Assembly (NCBI GenBank): GCA_047285535.1
Contig: JBJBDC010000001.1
Coordinates: 1,472,136-1,536,135, forward strand
Direction of reading: 5' to 3'
Source: Synechococcus sp.
GTDB lineage: Bacteria > Cyanobacteriota > Cyanobacteriia > PCC-6307 > Cyanobiaceae
DNA length: 64,000 nt
The notes beneath the pieces are model-generated. The model searched no databases, was not told the origin of the DNA, and saw nothing but the letters and a program-made list of their open reading frames with translations. Numbering within the stretch: the first letter of the stretch is position 1; each line of letters opens with the position of its first letter. Positions 21,527 to 36,356 of this stretch are shown piece after piece. The translations under genes were made by a program, and so were the position numbers.

Positions 21527-23164
21527 ATGCCTATGGCTGAGGATCAGCCCCCACAGCACGAACAAAACCTTCATCTTTCCTCTCAAGGAACCCTTGCGAT
21601 CGATCTAGGAAGCACCAATACGGTGGTGGCCTTTCATGACGGAAGCGCATCGTCGCCTGAACTCCTTGATCTTTCACCGATTAGTCAACGACCTGGGGAG
21701 GTTCCAAGCCTCATTTGGAGTAGCGCTCCTGACAATCAACAGCCTCTGGTGGGCCGACAGGTTCTCGAATGCGGACTCTCTCATGAGTCTTCGCTTGATC
21801 TCCATCGTGACTTCAAACGTTGGATTGGAGTTTTAGATCAGTCCAATCTTCCTTCACATCCGCTCAGCCCCGAACAGGCTGGCGAAATCCTCTTGCATCA
21901 AATCTGGGAGCATCTGCCAACAACATTGTCAGTCAAGCGGCTGGTGCTAACGGCTCCAGTGGATCAAGCGCTCGGGTATCGCCAATGGTTGTTAAAAGCA
22001 TGCGCAGCGCTTCCGGTTGATGAAGTTGCTCTCGTGGATGAACCAACCGCTGCTGCCATGGGTGCAGGTCTCCCTGCAGGATCCAAGCTGTTGGTGGTGG
22101 ATCTCGGTGGTGGCACTTTGGACCTATCCCTAGTTGCTCTAGAAGGAGGCGAGGGAAGAGCTGCTCCATTGGCTCAGCTTCTGCGCTTCAAAGGACGAGA
22201 CCTAAAAAACAGTAAGCAAACCATCCGTTCCGCAAGGGTGCTAGGGAAAGCTGGTATTTCCATTGGGGGAAGAGATCTCGATCATTGGATCGTTGATCAC
22301 CTGTGTTCAAAGGATCAAAGCCTGATCCTCCACAATCAGATCAGCCTTCTGAATGCGGCTGAACGATTGAAATGCCGCCTCAGCAATCCCAGGATCGGAG
22401 AGAAAGAGACCATCAATGAGATAGCTAGCGACATTCACCTCTCCAATCCGATCACCTTGTCCCTCAATCGCAAACAATTCCATGAGCTTCTCGAACGCCG
22501 CGGATTGCTCAAGGTGCTGGAAGGACTCCTAGATCGAACTCTGGCCTCTGCTCGCCAGCATGGTTGCCGATTAGAAGATCTAAACGCAGTCGTAGCTGTT
22601 GGCGGTGGCGCCCAGCTGCCGTTGATACGTCAATGGCTTTCAGAGACCATGCATCCAGTCCCATTGCTGACTCCTCCACCCATTCAAGCCGTTGCCACCG
22701 GTGCTCTCAAACTTACCCCTGGGGTTCGAATCAGAGATCTTCTCCAAAAAGGGGTGTTTTTGCGTTGCTGGGATCGTCGTCGTAATGCACATCACTGGCA
22801 TCCATTATTTCTGAGCGGCCAACCATGGCCCTCTCTTCAACCATTAGTCCTGATTCTGAGCGCCAGCCGCAACGATCAAGAAGAGCTTGAGCTTCTGCTG
22901 GGTGAACCCCTTGGCGAAAAGCGACATGAAGTGGTGTTCATCCAAGGGCTGCCCACAATCAGGGAGAACAACAACGTTCCCGAAACTATCAATCCACTAT
23001 CCCAAAAAAGAATTGTTCTTGATCTCAAACCTCCAGGCCAGCCTGGCGAAGACTGTATGCGACTCTCTTTTCATCTAGACGAAAATGCGAACCTCGTCCT
23101 GAGCGGTCATGATCTAAGAACCGGTGTAGAAATCGAACCTCGTCACCTGTTAATTGTGCAGTGA
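21527..23164 (+). CDS. Hsp70 (DnaK-like) family protein
   Basis: AIDLGSTNT, DEPTAAA, VDLGGGTLD, GGRDLD and VGGG motifs. Confidence 0.9.
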   Translation: MPMAEDQPPQHEQNLHLSSQGTLAIDLGSTNTVVAFHDGSASSPELLDLSPISQRPGEVPSLIWSSAPDNQQPLVGRQVLECGLSHESSLDLHRDFKRWIGVLDQSNLPSHPLSPEQAGEILLHQIWEHLPTTLSVKRLVLTAPVDQALGYRQWLLKACAALPVDEVALVDEPTAAAMGAGLPAGSKLLVVDLGGGTLDLSLVALEGGEGRAAPLAQLLRFKGRDLKNSKQTIRSARVLGKAGISIGGRDLDHWIVDHLCSKDQSLILHNQISLLNAAERLKCRLSNPRIGEKETINEIASDIHLSNPITLSLNRKQFHELLERRGLLKVLEGLLDRTLASARQHGCRLEDLNAVVAVGGGAQLPLIRQWLSETMHPVPLLTPPPIQAVATGALKLTPGVRIRDLLQKGVFLRCWDRRRNAHHWHPLFLSGQPWPSLQPLVLILSASRNDQEELELLLGEPLGEKRHEVVFIQGLPTIRENNNVPETINPLSQKRIVLDLKPPGQPGEDCMRLSFHLDENANLVLSGHDLRTGVEIEPRHLLIVQ

Positions 23165-23239
23165 ACGGTCCGTCCACACATCATTGAGACTCCTTCCTCA
23201 GATCCATAGAAAGGAGTCCTTATAGAGAGGCTTTGGACT

Positions 23240-24079
23240 TTGGCGCTGCGTCGCCACCTGCCCCACTTTTGGATCAGCGTGACCCTTGGCGGAGTCGCAG
23301 TGCTTTGTGCTGGAGCTTATTTGTGGGAGCAACAGCTACCGCGAAAATTGAGTATGGCGCTAGCACACGATGACTTGCCAGCCTGCCTACGTTATGCAGA
23401 GCAATTGGCAGCGTTGCGTTGGCTTGGTCAGGAAGCCCCTGAAGAACTGGCCATTTGTCGCCGAAGGCTGGCTCAGCAAACCTGGGATCAGGCTGATCCT
23501 GGTGAAGCTTTGCTACTCCAGGAGAAGCTTGTCAATTCAGGTGTTGGCTCCCCACTGCAGAACGAGCGTGATCAAAAGCAGCTGAGACTCTGGCGTGATG
23601 AATTGCGCGAGCAGGCCCTGTCACAATTTCGCGCTGGCAACCTCACCAAGGCTTTGACCCTACTGCGTCCGCTGGAGAAGCACGATGGAAGACAAGGGAG
23701 TCGTCTAAGTGACAGTCTCCAAGAAAGTTGGAACCGCAATCGTCTTGAGCTTGAAAAGCTGAACGAGCACGTCACCCAAGAACGATGGTGGGAAGCTCTA
23801 AGCGCTCTGAATCAGCTTGATCACCCCTGGTGGCAACAACAAGCCAAACCGATACGTCAGAAGGTTGAGCAGGCCATTGACGATCTACGTGATCAAAAAG
23901 AACACCACAGTCACGGAGCCATGCCGGCGCATACCGTGGCTAGAGATCAATTGAATGATGCAGTAGAAGCCCATCTCAGTGCAGGACTGGCTCCCTGGGA
24001 CGCGTTCATGGCGGGATGCTCCGATCTTGGCGGCACCATCATCGAAGACGGCCCAGAAACCCTTTGTCGGGCGGAATGA
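23240..24079 (+). CDS. Conserved hypothetical protein (N-terminal TM, helical body)
   Basis: 279-aa ORF filling the gap between the Hsp70-like gene and ftrV. Confidence 0.75.
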   Translation: MALRRHLPHFWISVTLGGVAVLCAGAYLWEQQLPRKLSMALAHDDLPACLRYAEQLAALRWLGQEAPEELAICRRRLAQQTWDQADPGEALLLQEKLVNSGVGSPLQNERDQKQLRLWRDELREQALSQFRAGNLTKALTLLRPLEKHDGRQGSRLSDSLQESWNRNRLELEKLNEHVTQERWWEALSALNQLDHPWWQQQAKPIRQKVEQAIDDLRDQKEHHSHGAMPAHTVARDQLNDAVEAHLSAGLAPWDAFMAGCSDLGGTIIEDGPETLCRAE

Positions 24080-24134
24080 TTAAGGCAACTCTCCTGCTCT
24101 CCGTGAGACAATCACCTGACTTGAACGGACGTCC

Positions 24135-24356
24135 ATGCAACCGGGTGACAAGGTTGTTGTCTCCACCAGTGTTGTGGTTTTCAACCACCCCCAACATCGC
24201 GGAGAGAGTTTTGATATGGAAGGGATAGAGGGAGAAGTGTTCAAGGTGCTCGACAAATGGAATGGACGTCCGATCAGCCCAACACTTCCAGTTGTTGTGG
24301 CTTTTGGCAGGTATAAAGCTCACTTCCGAGCAGACGAACTCGCTCCAGCTGCTTAA
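24135..24356 (+). CDS. ftrV: Ferredoxin-thioredoxin reductase variable chain
   Basis: VVVFNHPQHRGESFDMEG...WNGRPISPTLP...AHFRADEL. Confidence 0.93.
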   Translation: MQPGDKVVVSTSVVVFNHPQHRGESFDMEGIEGEVFKVLDKWNGRPISPTLPVVVAFGRYKAHFRADELAPAA

Positions 24357-24365
24357 GGAAGTGCC

Positions 24366-24938
24366 TCAGCAATCAGGGTTGTTTTCTGATAATCGTCGAA
24401 GGAAAACTCCTTCCTCTCCATCTAGCCCAAGCAAGCGCAACTCAACGGTTTCCGATCGACGTGTCGGAACAACCCTGCCGCAAAAGTCAGGCTGGATTGG
24501 CAATTCTCGATGACCTCGGTCCACCATCACAAGGAGAAAGACTCGGCGCGGTCTACCCCAAGCTTGAATCGCTTCTAATGCTGCTCTGACAGTCCTCCCT
24601 GTAAAAACCACGTCATCAACTAACACCACATCCCTTCCCTCAACACTCACGGGAAGATCAGTGGCCTGCACCATGCGAACTCCTACTCGACCCAAATCAT
24701 CGCGATGGAATGTGGGGTCAAGGGTGCCGGTGGAAATAGCATGACCGCTCTGATCCTTTAATGAGTGCGCAAGTACACCAGCTAATTGCACGCCCCTGGT
24801 AGGGATCCCTAAGAGAAGCAGAGATTCAACCGAGGTCACCGACTCCAACACCTGAGACGCCAGACGGGTCAGAGTCTTCCTTAACTCCTCTTCGGAGAGG
24901 ATTTCAATTCGATCATCCCCGATGTCGCTAGCTGCCAT
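24366..24938 (-). CDS. pyrR: Bifunctional pyr operon regulator / uracil phosphoribosyltransferase
   Basis: GIPTRG, LDPTFHRDD, VLVDDVVFTGRT and DRGHRELPIQPD motifs. Confidence 0.95.
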   Translation of the reverse strand: MAASDIGDDRIEILSEEELRKTLTRLASQVLESVTSVESLLLLGIPTRGVQLAGVLAHSLKDQSGHAISTGTLDPTFHRDDLGRVGVRMVQATDLPVSVEGRDVVLVDDVVFTGRTVRAALEAIQAWGRPRRVFLLVMVDRGHRELPIQPDFCGRVVPTRRSETVELRLLGLDGEEGVFLRRLSENNPDC

Positions 24939-25078
24939 AACTTTTTGGAGTTCAGTGTATGAACGTTTTTTGCCAGCCCGATCAGCTTTTGCGAACCGAA
25001 CAGGTATCAATCAGATCCTTTTGGACAATAGGGAGGTAACTTGAATCCGTGGAGGGTCTTAAGAACTGAGATTAACGA

Positions 25079-26710
25079 GTGAACGTACCGAACAACATCG
25101 AAGGAAATTGTCTCCGCAGCGATTCAGTTGCCCCTGTGGTTCTTGCGATTCTTGATGGCTGGGGGATTTGTGACTCAACTCAGCACAATGCCATCCGCAC
25201 AGCATCCACACCCATCATCGATGCGCTCTGGCATGCATACCCCCACGCTTTGATTGAAGCGAGCGGATCGCATGTGGGGCTGCCCGACGGTCAGATGGGC
25301 AATTCAGAAGTCGGACATCTGACCATCGGGGCTGGTCGAATCATCCGCCAAGAGCTTGTGCGCATAAGCGAAACAGTAAGAGAACAACAGCTTTGCAGTA
25401 CCCCAGCTCTTCAATCACTCGCAGAACGTTTACGCAGGACAGGTGGCACGCTTCATCTGCTTGGTCTGTGTTCCGATGGCGGAGTCCATAGTCACGTTGA
25501 CCACTTATGTGGACTTCTCGAATGGGCAGGATCAGAAGGCCTTGAGAATGTGGCAATCCATGCCGTAACTGACGGGCGAGACACACCAACCCAAAGCGCA
25601 CCAAAGCACTTAGCCAAAGTGGAAAGTGCTATCAAACGTTATCGAACCGGTCGAATTGCAAGCCTCTGCGGACGGTACTGGGCGATGGATCGGGACCATC
25701 GATGGGAGAGGACTGAACGGGCTTATTCCCTTCTTACCGATCCAAATTGGGAATGTACCGGGAATGATCCTTTGTCCGTTCTGACACGCAGCTACACGGA
25801 AGGCATCACCGATGAATTCCTTGAACCTGTTCGCCTCTCCGATGACCCTCTACGCGACGGTGACGCGCTGGTGATGTTTAATTTCCGACCTGACCGAGCC
25901 CGACAGATCATCCAAGCACTCACACTTCCAGAGTTTGAAGGCTTCACTCGGGTTCACCAACCATCGCTGGAGGTAGTGACATTTACGCAATACGAAACCG
26001 ATCTGCCGGTCTCAGTTGCGTTTCCACCCGAATGCCTCGATCAACTTCTGGGGCAAGTCGTTGCTGATGCCGGTCTCAAGCAATACCGCACAGCCGAAAC
26101 CGAGAAATATCCCCATGTCACCTATTTCATGAACGGCGGCATTGAACAACCCCTTAGAGGCGAAAAAAGACATCTAGTTCCTTCGCCCCGCGTTGCCACC
26201 TATGACCAAGCTCCTGAGATGTCAGCAGATTCGCTCACCGAAAGCTGTGTTGCAGCAATCAAACAGGGAGAACACTCCTTGGTCGTTATTAACTACGCCA
26301 ACCCCGACATGGTGGGACATACAGGCAATATGGAGGCTGCAACAAGGGCAATTGAAACCGTTGACCGTTGCATCGGAAAACTCCTTGATGCCGTTGGTCA
26401 GATGGGTGGCACCTTGCTAATCACTGCAGACCATGGGAACGCAGAACTCATGCAAGGGCCTGATGGTCAAGCCTGGACTGCTCACACGACCAATCCAGTG
26501 CCTGTCATTTTGATTGAAGGAGAGAAGCGTAAGGTTCAAGGTTTAGGAAATTCCATTCGGCTACGCGACAATGGAGGTCTTGCAGACATCGCTCCGACTC
26601 TTCTTCAGCTTCTTCATTTGGACAAACCCGAAGCGATGACGGGCACCTCCTTGATTGAACCGATCGAAGCCACAACACCAGCAACGACCAAGCTGCCTCA
26701 ACCCGTTTAA
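25079..26710 (+). CDS. gpmI: 2,3-bisphosphoglycerate-independent phosphoglycerate mutase
   Basis: [35 protein letters not shown] and TADHGNAE motifs. Confidence 0.96.
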   Translation: MNVPNNIEGNCLRSDSVAPVVLAILDGWGICDSTQHNAIRTASTPIIDALWHAYPHALIEASGSHVGLPDGQMGNSEVGHLTIGAGRIIRQELVRISETVREQQLCSTPALQSLAERLRRTGGTLHLLGLCSDGGVHSHVDHLCGLLEWAGSEGLENVAIHAVTDGRDTPTQSAPKHLAKVESAIKRYRTGRIASLCGRYWAMDRDHRWERTERAYSLLTDPNWECTGNDPLSVLTRSYTEGITDEFLEPVRLSDDPLRDGDALVMFNFRPDRARQIIQALTLPEFEGFTRVHQPSLEVVTFTQYETDLPVSVAFPPECLDQLLGQVVADAGLKQYRTAETEKYPHVTYFMNGGIEQPLRGEKRHLVPSPRVATYDQAPEMSADSLTESCVAAIKQGEHSLVVINYANPDMVGHTGNMEAATRAIETVDRCIGKLLDAVGQMGGTLLITADHGNAELMQGPDGQAWTAHTTNPVPVILIEGEKRKVQGLGNSIRLRDNGGLADIAPTLLQLLHLDKPEAMTGTSLIEPIEATTPATTKLPQPV

Positions 26711-26723
26711 GTATGATCGATCC

Positions 26724-26954
26724 ATGCTTACGTCTGTTCTCTCCTGGGTTTGGATCGGCAGTGGAGCCGTTCTGATTCTGCTTGTCCTGTTGCATAGTCC
26801 CAAGGGGGATGGCATGGGAGGTCTTGCAGCAAGTGGAAGTTCATCGTTCACCAACTCCAGCAGTGCAGAAGCAACGCTGAATCGCATCACCTGGACAACA
26901 CTTTCTTTTTTCCTTGCCTTAGCCGTCATTCTGAGTGCAGGCTGGCTTAGTTAG
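26724..26954 (+). CDS. secG: Preprotein translocase subunit SecG
   Basis: LVLLHSPKGDGMGG...SAEATLNRITW. Confidence 0.95.
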   Translation: MLTSVLSWVWIGSGAVLILLVLLHSPKGDGMGGLAASGSSSFTNSSSAEATLNRITWTTLSFFLALAVILSAGWLS

Positions 26955-27300
26955 TTCAGTCAAATCTCGGACGCCGCTCGTCCGCCAAGACACAACTTAA
27001 TCCATATTAAGCGCTTGATTAATTTTGCATGTTATGTTCTAACTCCTGAATGTCTTGGATCAAGTGAACATCCCACGGCCTATACTTTTCCAAGCAAATG
27101 TCAAGGCTTTCAATTTCTTCTGCTGGGAGAAATCTCAGAGCCACCCTAAGCAGTCCTCGAACAATCAATGATACTGAGTAGCTTCGATTTTTCAGTAATC
27201 ATTAAGGACTGGTCAAGAGTCTCGCCACACGAAGGCATCTCAACGATGCAAGTTATTTACTGACCAAAGAAAAATATAATTTATAGAGAAGCACATCCAT

Positions 27301-27329
27301 AAAAAAAGCCCCCGGATAAACGGAGGCTT
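27301..27329 (-). terminator. Intrinsic terminator after groEL
   Basis: AAGCCTCCG...CGGGGGCTTTTTTT on the minus strand. Confidence 0.7.
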
Positions 27330-27356
27330 AGGAAGATATAGAGAGTCGGTGATCGA

Positions 27357-29000
<1,644 letters not shown>

Positions 29001-29063
29001 TTAAAAGAAAGTGAAGGGAAAATTTGGCCTGTTCTGAGATAACACTCAGTTTGAGTGCTGTGG

Positions 29064-29375
29064 TTAGCTCACAACAGCGAGGATGTCTTTCTCAGACAGA
29101 AGCACGTACTCATCACTACCAAGCTTGATATCAGTACCGGCGTACTTGCTGTAGAGAACTTTGTCGCCAACACCAACTTCTGGAGCCTGACGGCTGCCGT
29201 CATCGTTGGATTTGCCAGGACCCACCTGAACAACCTCACCAACTTGTGGCTTTTCTTTTGCTGTATCAGGAAGAAGGATCCCACCTGCAGTTTTCTCCTC
29301 AGATTCGGAGATTTTCACAAAGACGCGATCTCCAAGGGGCTTAACGGTGGAGACGCTGAGGGAAACAGCTGCCAT
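29064..29375 (-). CDS. groES: Co-chaperonin GroES
   Basis: KPLGDRV...[15 protein letters not shown]...SKYAGT. Confidence 0.98.
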   Translation of the reverse strand: MAAVSLSVSTVKPLGDRVFVKISESEEKTAGGILLPDTAKEKPQVGEVVQVGPGKSNDDGSRQAPEVGVGDKVLYSKYAGTDIKLGSDEYVLLSEKDILAVVS

Positions 29376-29427
29376 AAGTAGTTAAAAAGCGGGAACAGGG
29401 CGCTTGGCGCCACTCAAACGACACGAG

Positions 29428-31061
<1,634 letters not shown>

Positions 31062-31132
31062 TTGGCATCGGGGCGCTTATGCCCCGAGAATGACCACCGA
31101 TTTGCCTACCCACTCTCCGCAGCCTTCTTTCC

Positions 31133-31540
31133 ATGTCCCTCACCCTCCGCGTTCTGGCACCAGACCAGAGCGTGTTCGATGGTTCGGCCGATGAGGTGAT
31201 CCTCCCTAGCACCACTGGCCAGGTTGGCATCCTTCCAGGCCACGTCTCACTACTTGCGGCGCTGGACGTCGGAGTTTTACGCGTCCGTACCAACAGCAAT
31301 TGGCAATCCATCGCCTTGATGGGTGGATTCGCAGAGATTGAATCAGATGATGTCACTGTTCTCGTGAATTCAGCTGAACTCGGCGTCAACATCGACTCCA
31401 CTTCCGCTGAAAATGATCTATCAGCAGCTCTCACAGCTGTGACGAAACTCGAAGGCCAACCGTCCTCACCTGACAAAGTGAAAGCACAACAAGTTCTTCA
31501 ACGAGCAAGGGCACGAGCTCAAGCGAGCAAATCCTCTTAA
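31133..31540 (+). CDS. atpC: ATP synthase F1 epsilon subunit (cyanobacterial atpE)
   Basis: ILPSTTGQVGILPGH...ALMGGFAE; follows the beta gene. Confidence 0.96.
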   Translation: MSLTLRVLAPDQSVFDGSADEVILPSTTGQVGILPGHVSLLAALDVGVLRVRTNSNWQSIALMGGFAEIESDDVTVLVNSAELGVNIDSTSAENDLSAALTAVTKLEGQPSSPDKVKAQQVLQRARARAQASKSS

Positions 31541-31577
31541 GTCCAATTTGTAAGATCAACTGTTAATCATTGAAGGC

Positions 31578-31606
31578 AAGCACTCCAAAAGGGGTGCTTT
31601 TTATTT
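31578..31606 (+). terminator. Terminator after the beta-epsilon operon
   Basis: AAGCACTCC-AAAA-GGGGTGCTT followed by a U-rich tract. Confidence 0.75.
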
Positions 31607-31633
31607 GGGATTGATGGGATTGATGGGATTGAT
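31607..31633. repeat. Tandem repeat (GGGATTGAT)x3
   Basis: Three exact 9-nt copies. Confidence 0.85.
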
Positions 31634-31661
31634 TGCACAGCGCCCTAAGACTTAATTGAAT

Positions 31662-31689
31662 AAAAAAAGCTCCGTCAAAAACGGAGCTT
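31662..31689 (-). terminator. Terminator after the PSRP-3 gene
   Basis: AAGCTCCGT...ACGGAGCTT stem with U-tract on the minus strand. Confidence 0.75.
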
Positions 31690-31728
31690 GCCAAGCAGTC
31701 ATAACTTTTTAGAGCGCCTATCACCAAT

Positions 31729-32994
<1,266 letters not shown>

Positions 32995-33025
32995 TTGCGA
33001 GGCAATGGCCCACTGCTGTCCAAGC

Positions 33026-33817
33026 ATGACTTCATCCCCGCGGGCCTTACTGCTGTTTGACATCGACGGTGTGATCCGCGATGTAGGAAGCAGCTACCGT
33101 CGGGCGATTGCCGAAACAGTTAATCACTACGGTGGCTTTCGCCCCGACCCAGCTGCAATCGATACGCTGAAGGCTGAGGGTTGCTGGAACAACGACTGGA
33201 AAGCGTCCCTTGAATTGTTACGGCGTAGTCCCTGGGGTCAGCAAAACCAGTCTTTGCCTTCCTTTAAAGCCCTGGTGGAGATCTTCAACAGCTTTTATTT
33301 CGGAGGCGATCCAAAAGGCGATCCTGCTGCCTGGCAAGGGTTCATTAACGATGAACCCTTGCTGGTTCATCCGGAGTTCTTTCAAACCCTCGAGCAAAAA
33401 GGTTGGCAATGGGGGTTTGTGAGCGGTGCAGAACCACCCTCGGCTCGCTTCGTCTTGGAGCAGAGGCTGGGCCTGATCAATCCACCTCTGATCGCGATGG
33501 GCGATGCACCAGACAAACCAGATCCCGAAGGACTCATCAAACTGGCGACCACTCTCCTGGGTTGCAATCCCGGTCTCGACGCTCCATTAATCGCGTATCT
33601 CGGTGACACAGTGGCGGACGTCCAAACCGTGATTCGAGCCCGTCAGCAGTTGCCTCAACAGCATTTCATAAGTCTTGCCGTCGTTCCTCCTCACCTACAA
33701 AACGACAAGCGATCTGAAGAAAGAAGTCGCTACGAAACAAACTTAAGGACAGCAGGAGCCGATTTAATCCTCACAAACACCATGGCGGCATTGAACTTGA
33801 ATCCAACTCAATTTTAA
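33026..33817 (+). CDS. HAD-superfamily hydrolase (TIGR01548-type)
   Basis: FDIDGVIRDV, WNNDW, KPDP and GDTVAD motifs. Confidence 0.9.
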   Translation: MTSSPRALLLFDIDGVIRDVGSSYRRAIAETVNHYGGFRPDPAAIDTLKAEGCWNNDWKASLELLRRSPWGQQNQSLPSFKALVEIFNSFYFGGDPKGDPAAWQGFINDEPLLVHPEFFQTLEQKGWQWGFVSGAEPPSARFVLEQRLGLINPPLIAMGDAPDKPDPEGLIKLATTLLGCNPGLDAPLIAYLGDTVADVQTVIRARQQLPQQHFISLAVVPPHLQNDKRSEERSRYETNLRTAGADLILTNTMAALNLNPTQF

Positions 33818-34959
33818 TGCGCAAAGAATGGCCCTTGATGGTTGGGGCAGTCAGCCTGATCGTCCTCCAAAGCACCCATCTATTGGATTGGCTGTTGCTG
33901 CAATCGGCGACCCTTGTCTTGAGCGGATTAGGGGTTCTCAGCCTCTTAATCCTTGTGCTGGCTAGACGCGTCGCCAGGCAAGCTGATCATCTCGCCGAAC
34001 AGTTAGGCGAACCGATTGGAACTCTGGTGCTGACTGGCTCCGTCATTTTGATCGAGCTGGCTCTGGTGTCGAGCACCATGCTGACCGGCGAGAGCAATCC
34101 CACGCTGGCAAGGGATTCCATGTTCTCGGTACTGATGATTGTGCTCACAGGAGTGAAGGGAATCACTCTGATCCTCGCCTCAAGGTTTCAACGCGTGGGC
34201 ATTACTGAACCTCTCCAGCCAGAGGACATGGCCACCATCAATCAAAGCGGTGCCTCCACCTACATCAACCTGATCACGACCATGAGCGTGCTCGTTTTGC
34301 TGCTACCCAATTTCAGCTCTGATAGCGCTGAAGCCAACTTTTCCTTGCCGATCAACTGGCTTCTCACCATGGTTGCCATTGGCCTCTATGCAGCCTTCCT
34401 CCTGTTTCAAACCGGCTCCTACCGCAACCTATTTCTGGACGCTTCCAAACAGCTGGAGCTACCTACAGCGCATGAGACCAACTTATTTCACCCCTCATCA
34501 GACAAAGAAGACAAGTCCAACATTCGTGATGGCCTTCTCATGGCCCTCGGACTTCTGATCTTGGCCCTGATCGCCGAATCCATGGGAGACCTGATCGAAG
34601 TTGGCATTACCGACGTCGGACTCCCAAGCTCCCTTGGTGGCCTGCTGGTGGGTCTGCTCGTGGTAGCACCGGAAGCTCTCAATGCCTTTCAAGCGGCCAA
34701 CCGCGGCGAGGTCCAACGATCTCTCAACACCCTCTACGCATCCTCTCTATCGACGCTTTGTCTCACCGTTCCAGCCGTGCTTTTGATCGGACAATTGACC
34801 GACACCAAGGTGATCCTTGGACTCAATCCAATGGAATCAGTGTTGCTCGTTCTCACACTGATCCTAGTCCGCCCTCTCAGCGGCAGAGTGAGCGAAATCG
34901 ATGGCCTAATGCTTTTAACAGTTGGGGTGGTCTGGGTCTCACTACAAGTTGTGAGCTGA
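33817..34959 (+). CDS. Calcium/proton antiporter (ChaA-like)
   Basis: LAEQLGEPIGTLVLT...IELAL, PTLARD and APEA...QRSLN motifs; about 10 TM segments. Confidence 0.88.
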   Translation: MRKEWPLMVGAVSLIVLQSTHLLDWLLLQSATLVLSGLGVLSLLILVLARRVARQADHLAEQLGEPIGTLVLTGSVILIELALVSSTMLTGESNPTLARDSMFSVLMIVLTGVKGITLILASRFQRVGITEPLQPEDMATINQSGASTYINLITTMSVLVLLLPNFSSDSAEANFSLPINWLLTMVAIGLYAAFLLFQTGSYRNLFLDASKQLELPTAHETNLFHPSSDKEDKSNIRDGLLMALGLLILALIAESMGDLIEVGITDVGLPSSLGGLLVGLLVVAPEALNAFQAANRGEVQRSLNTLYASSLSTLCLTVPAVLLIGQLTDTKVILGLNPMESVLLVLTLILVRPLSGRVSEIDGLMLLTVGVVWVSLQVVS

Positions 34960-34965
34960 GCGGCT

Positions 34966-36345
34966 TTATCGCTCCATCGAAGCGATGTCCTTGAGCGCAG
35001 CAGCCGTCAAAACCTCGTGACCATCGTCGAGAACGGCAACATCATCTTCAATGCGAATACCAATTCCTTTCCAGCGATCGTCAATTTCAGGCTGGCCATC
35101 AGGAACTGGTAATCGATCACTGACGTAAAGGCCAGGTTCCACGGTGAGCACCATTCCTGGATCAAGTTTCACATGATGCTCACCAAGCCGATAAGCACCT
35201 ACGTCATGGACATCCAAACCAAGCCAATGGCCTGTGCGGTGCATATAGAGATGGCGATAGGCACCTTGTTCGATAATTCCGTCCGCCTCTCCGGTGAGTA
35301 ATTTCAGTTCCAACAATCCATCCACAAGATGTCGTACAGCGGTCTGATGCACCTCCTCCGCGGTCCCTCCAGGTCTGACGGCCGCAATAGCTGACATCTG
35401 TGCATTCAGAACAACGTCGTAGAGATCTCGCTGTTCACCTGAGAAACGGCCATTAACTGGAAAGGTGCGAGTTATGTCTCCGTTGTAGTAATCACGGATT
35501 GAGCAACCTGCGTCAATCAGCAAGAGATCCCCGTCTCTAAGCACATGCTGATTATCGATGTAATGAAGGACGCAAGCATTGTCACCCCCGGCAACAATGG
35601 AGCTGTAAGCAGGACCACGAGCTCCTTGATCAAGGAAGTGAAACTCAATGAGAGCCTGAATCTGACGCTCGCTCATTCCTGGCTTCACGGCTTCACGAGC
35701 GATTTCATGCGCCTGAGCCGAGATATGGCAGGCCTCACGCATCCGATCCAGTTCTGCGGAATCCTTGCGCAGGCGAAGTTCATGGATCACCGGGCAAGGC
35801 GCCACCAAACCAAGAGCGGCAGATCCAAGGCGTGACGCTCGATCCAACTGTTCAGACCAGACTTCGAGTACCACGGACTCCACGTCCGGATGATGTCCCG
35901 TGCGAAAGGCAATCCCCTCAGCATCTCTTAGATAATCACGCAAGCGTTCTGGCAATTCAGATCGAGGATGTGCGATGTCAGCACCGAACTGATGAACAGC
36001 TCCCTCTGTTCCCCACCGCCGTCCTGTCCACACCTCAGCAGCAGGCTCTCGAGGGTTCACGAACAACACGTATCTCTCCCCCTCCGGCCGATGCGGCAAA
36101 AAAAGAGCTACCGCATCAGGCTCATCAAATCCTGTGAGATACCAGAAATCGCTGTTCTGGCGAAATGGCCACTCACAGTCGGCATGGTGTGTCACCAGGG
36201 TTGCCGCTGGAATCACAGCGGCCGCACCGCCAAGATGGGAGATGAAGCGCTGACGCCTTTCGGCGTAGCCCTGGGAATCAATTGGGAGCGAACTATGAAC
36301 CACGACGGAGACAGTGCACCTTGTAGACGTCAGGATGGCAGGCAA
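34966..36345 (-). CDS. pepP: Xaa-Pro aminopeptidase
   Basis: FRQNSDFWYLTG, LIDAG, DITRT, GHWLGLDVHD, EPGLY and GIRIEDD motifs. Start uncertain. Confidence 0.94.
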   Translation of the reverse strand: MPAILTSTRCTVSVVVHSSLPIDSQGYAERRQRFISHLGGAAAVIPAATLVTHHADCEWPFRQNSDFWYLTGFDEPDAVALFLPHRPEGERYVLFVNPREPAAEVWTGRRWGTEGAVHQFGADIAHPRSELPERLRDYLRDAEGIAFRTGHHPDVESVVLEVWSEQLDRASRLGSAALGLVAPCPVIHELRLRKDSAELDRMREACHISAQAHEIAREAVKPGMSERQIQALIEFHFLDQGARGPAYSSIVAGGDNACVLHYIDNQHVLRDGDLLLIDAGCSIRDYYNGDITRTFPVNGRFSGEQRDLYDVVLNAQMSAIAAVRPGGTAEEVHQTAVRHLVDGLLELKLLTGEADGIIEQGAYRHLYMHRTGHWLGLDVHDVGAYRLGEHHVKLDPGMVLTVEPGLYVSDRLPVPDGQPEIDDRWKGIGIRIEDDVAVLDDGHEVLTAAALKDIASMER

Positions 36346-36356
36346 AGCCTCCCTGC

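Noticed and set aside
26955..27300. Possible sRNA between secG and groEL
   Set aside because: No recognisable motif or convincing structure apart from the groEL terminator.
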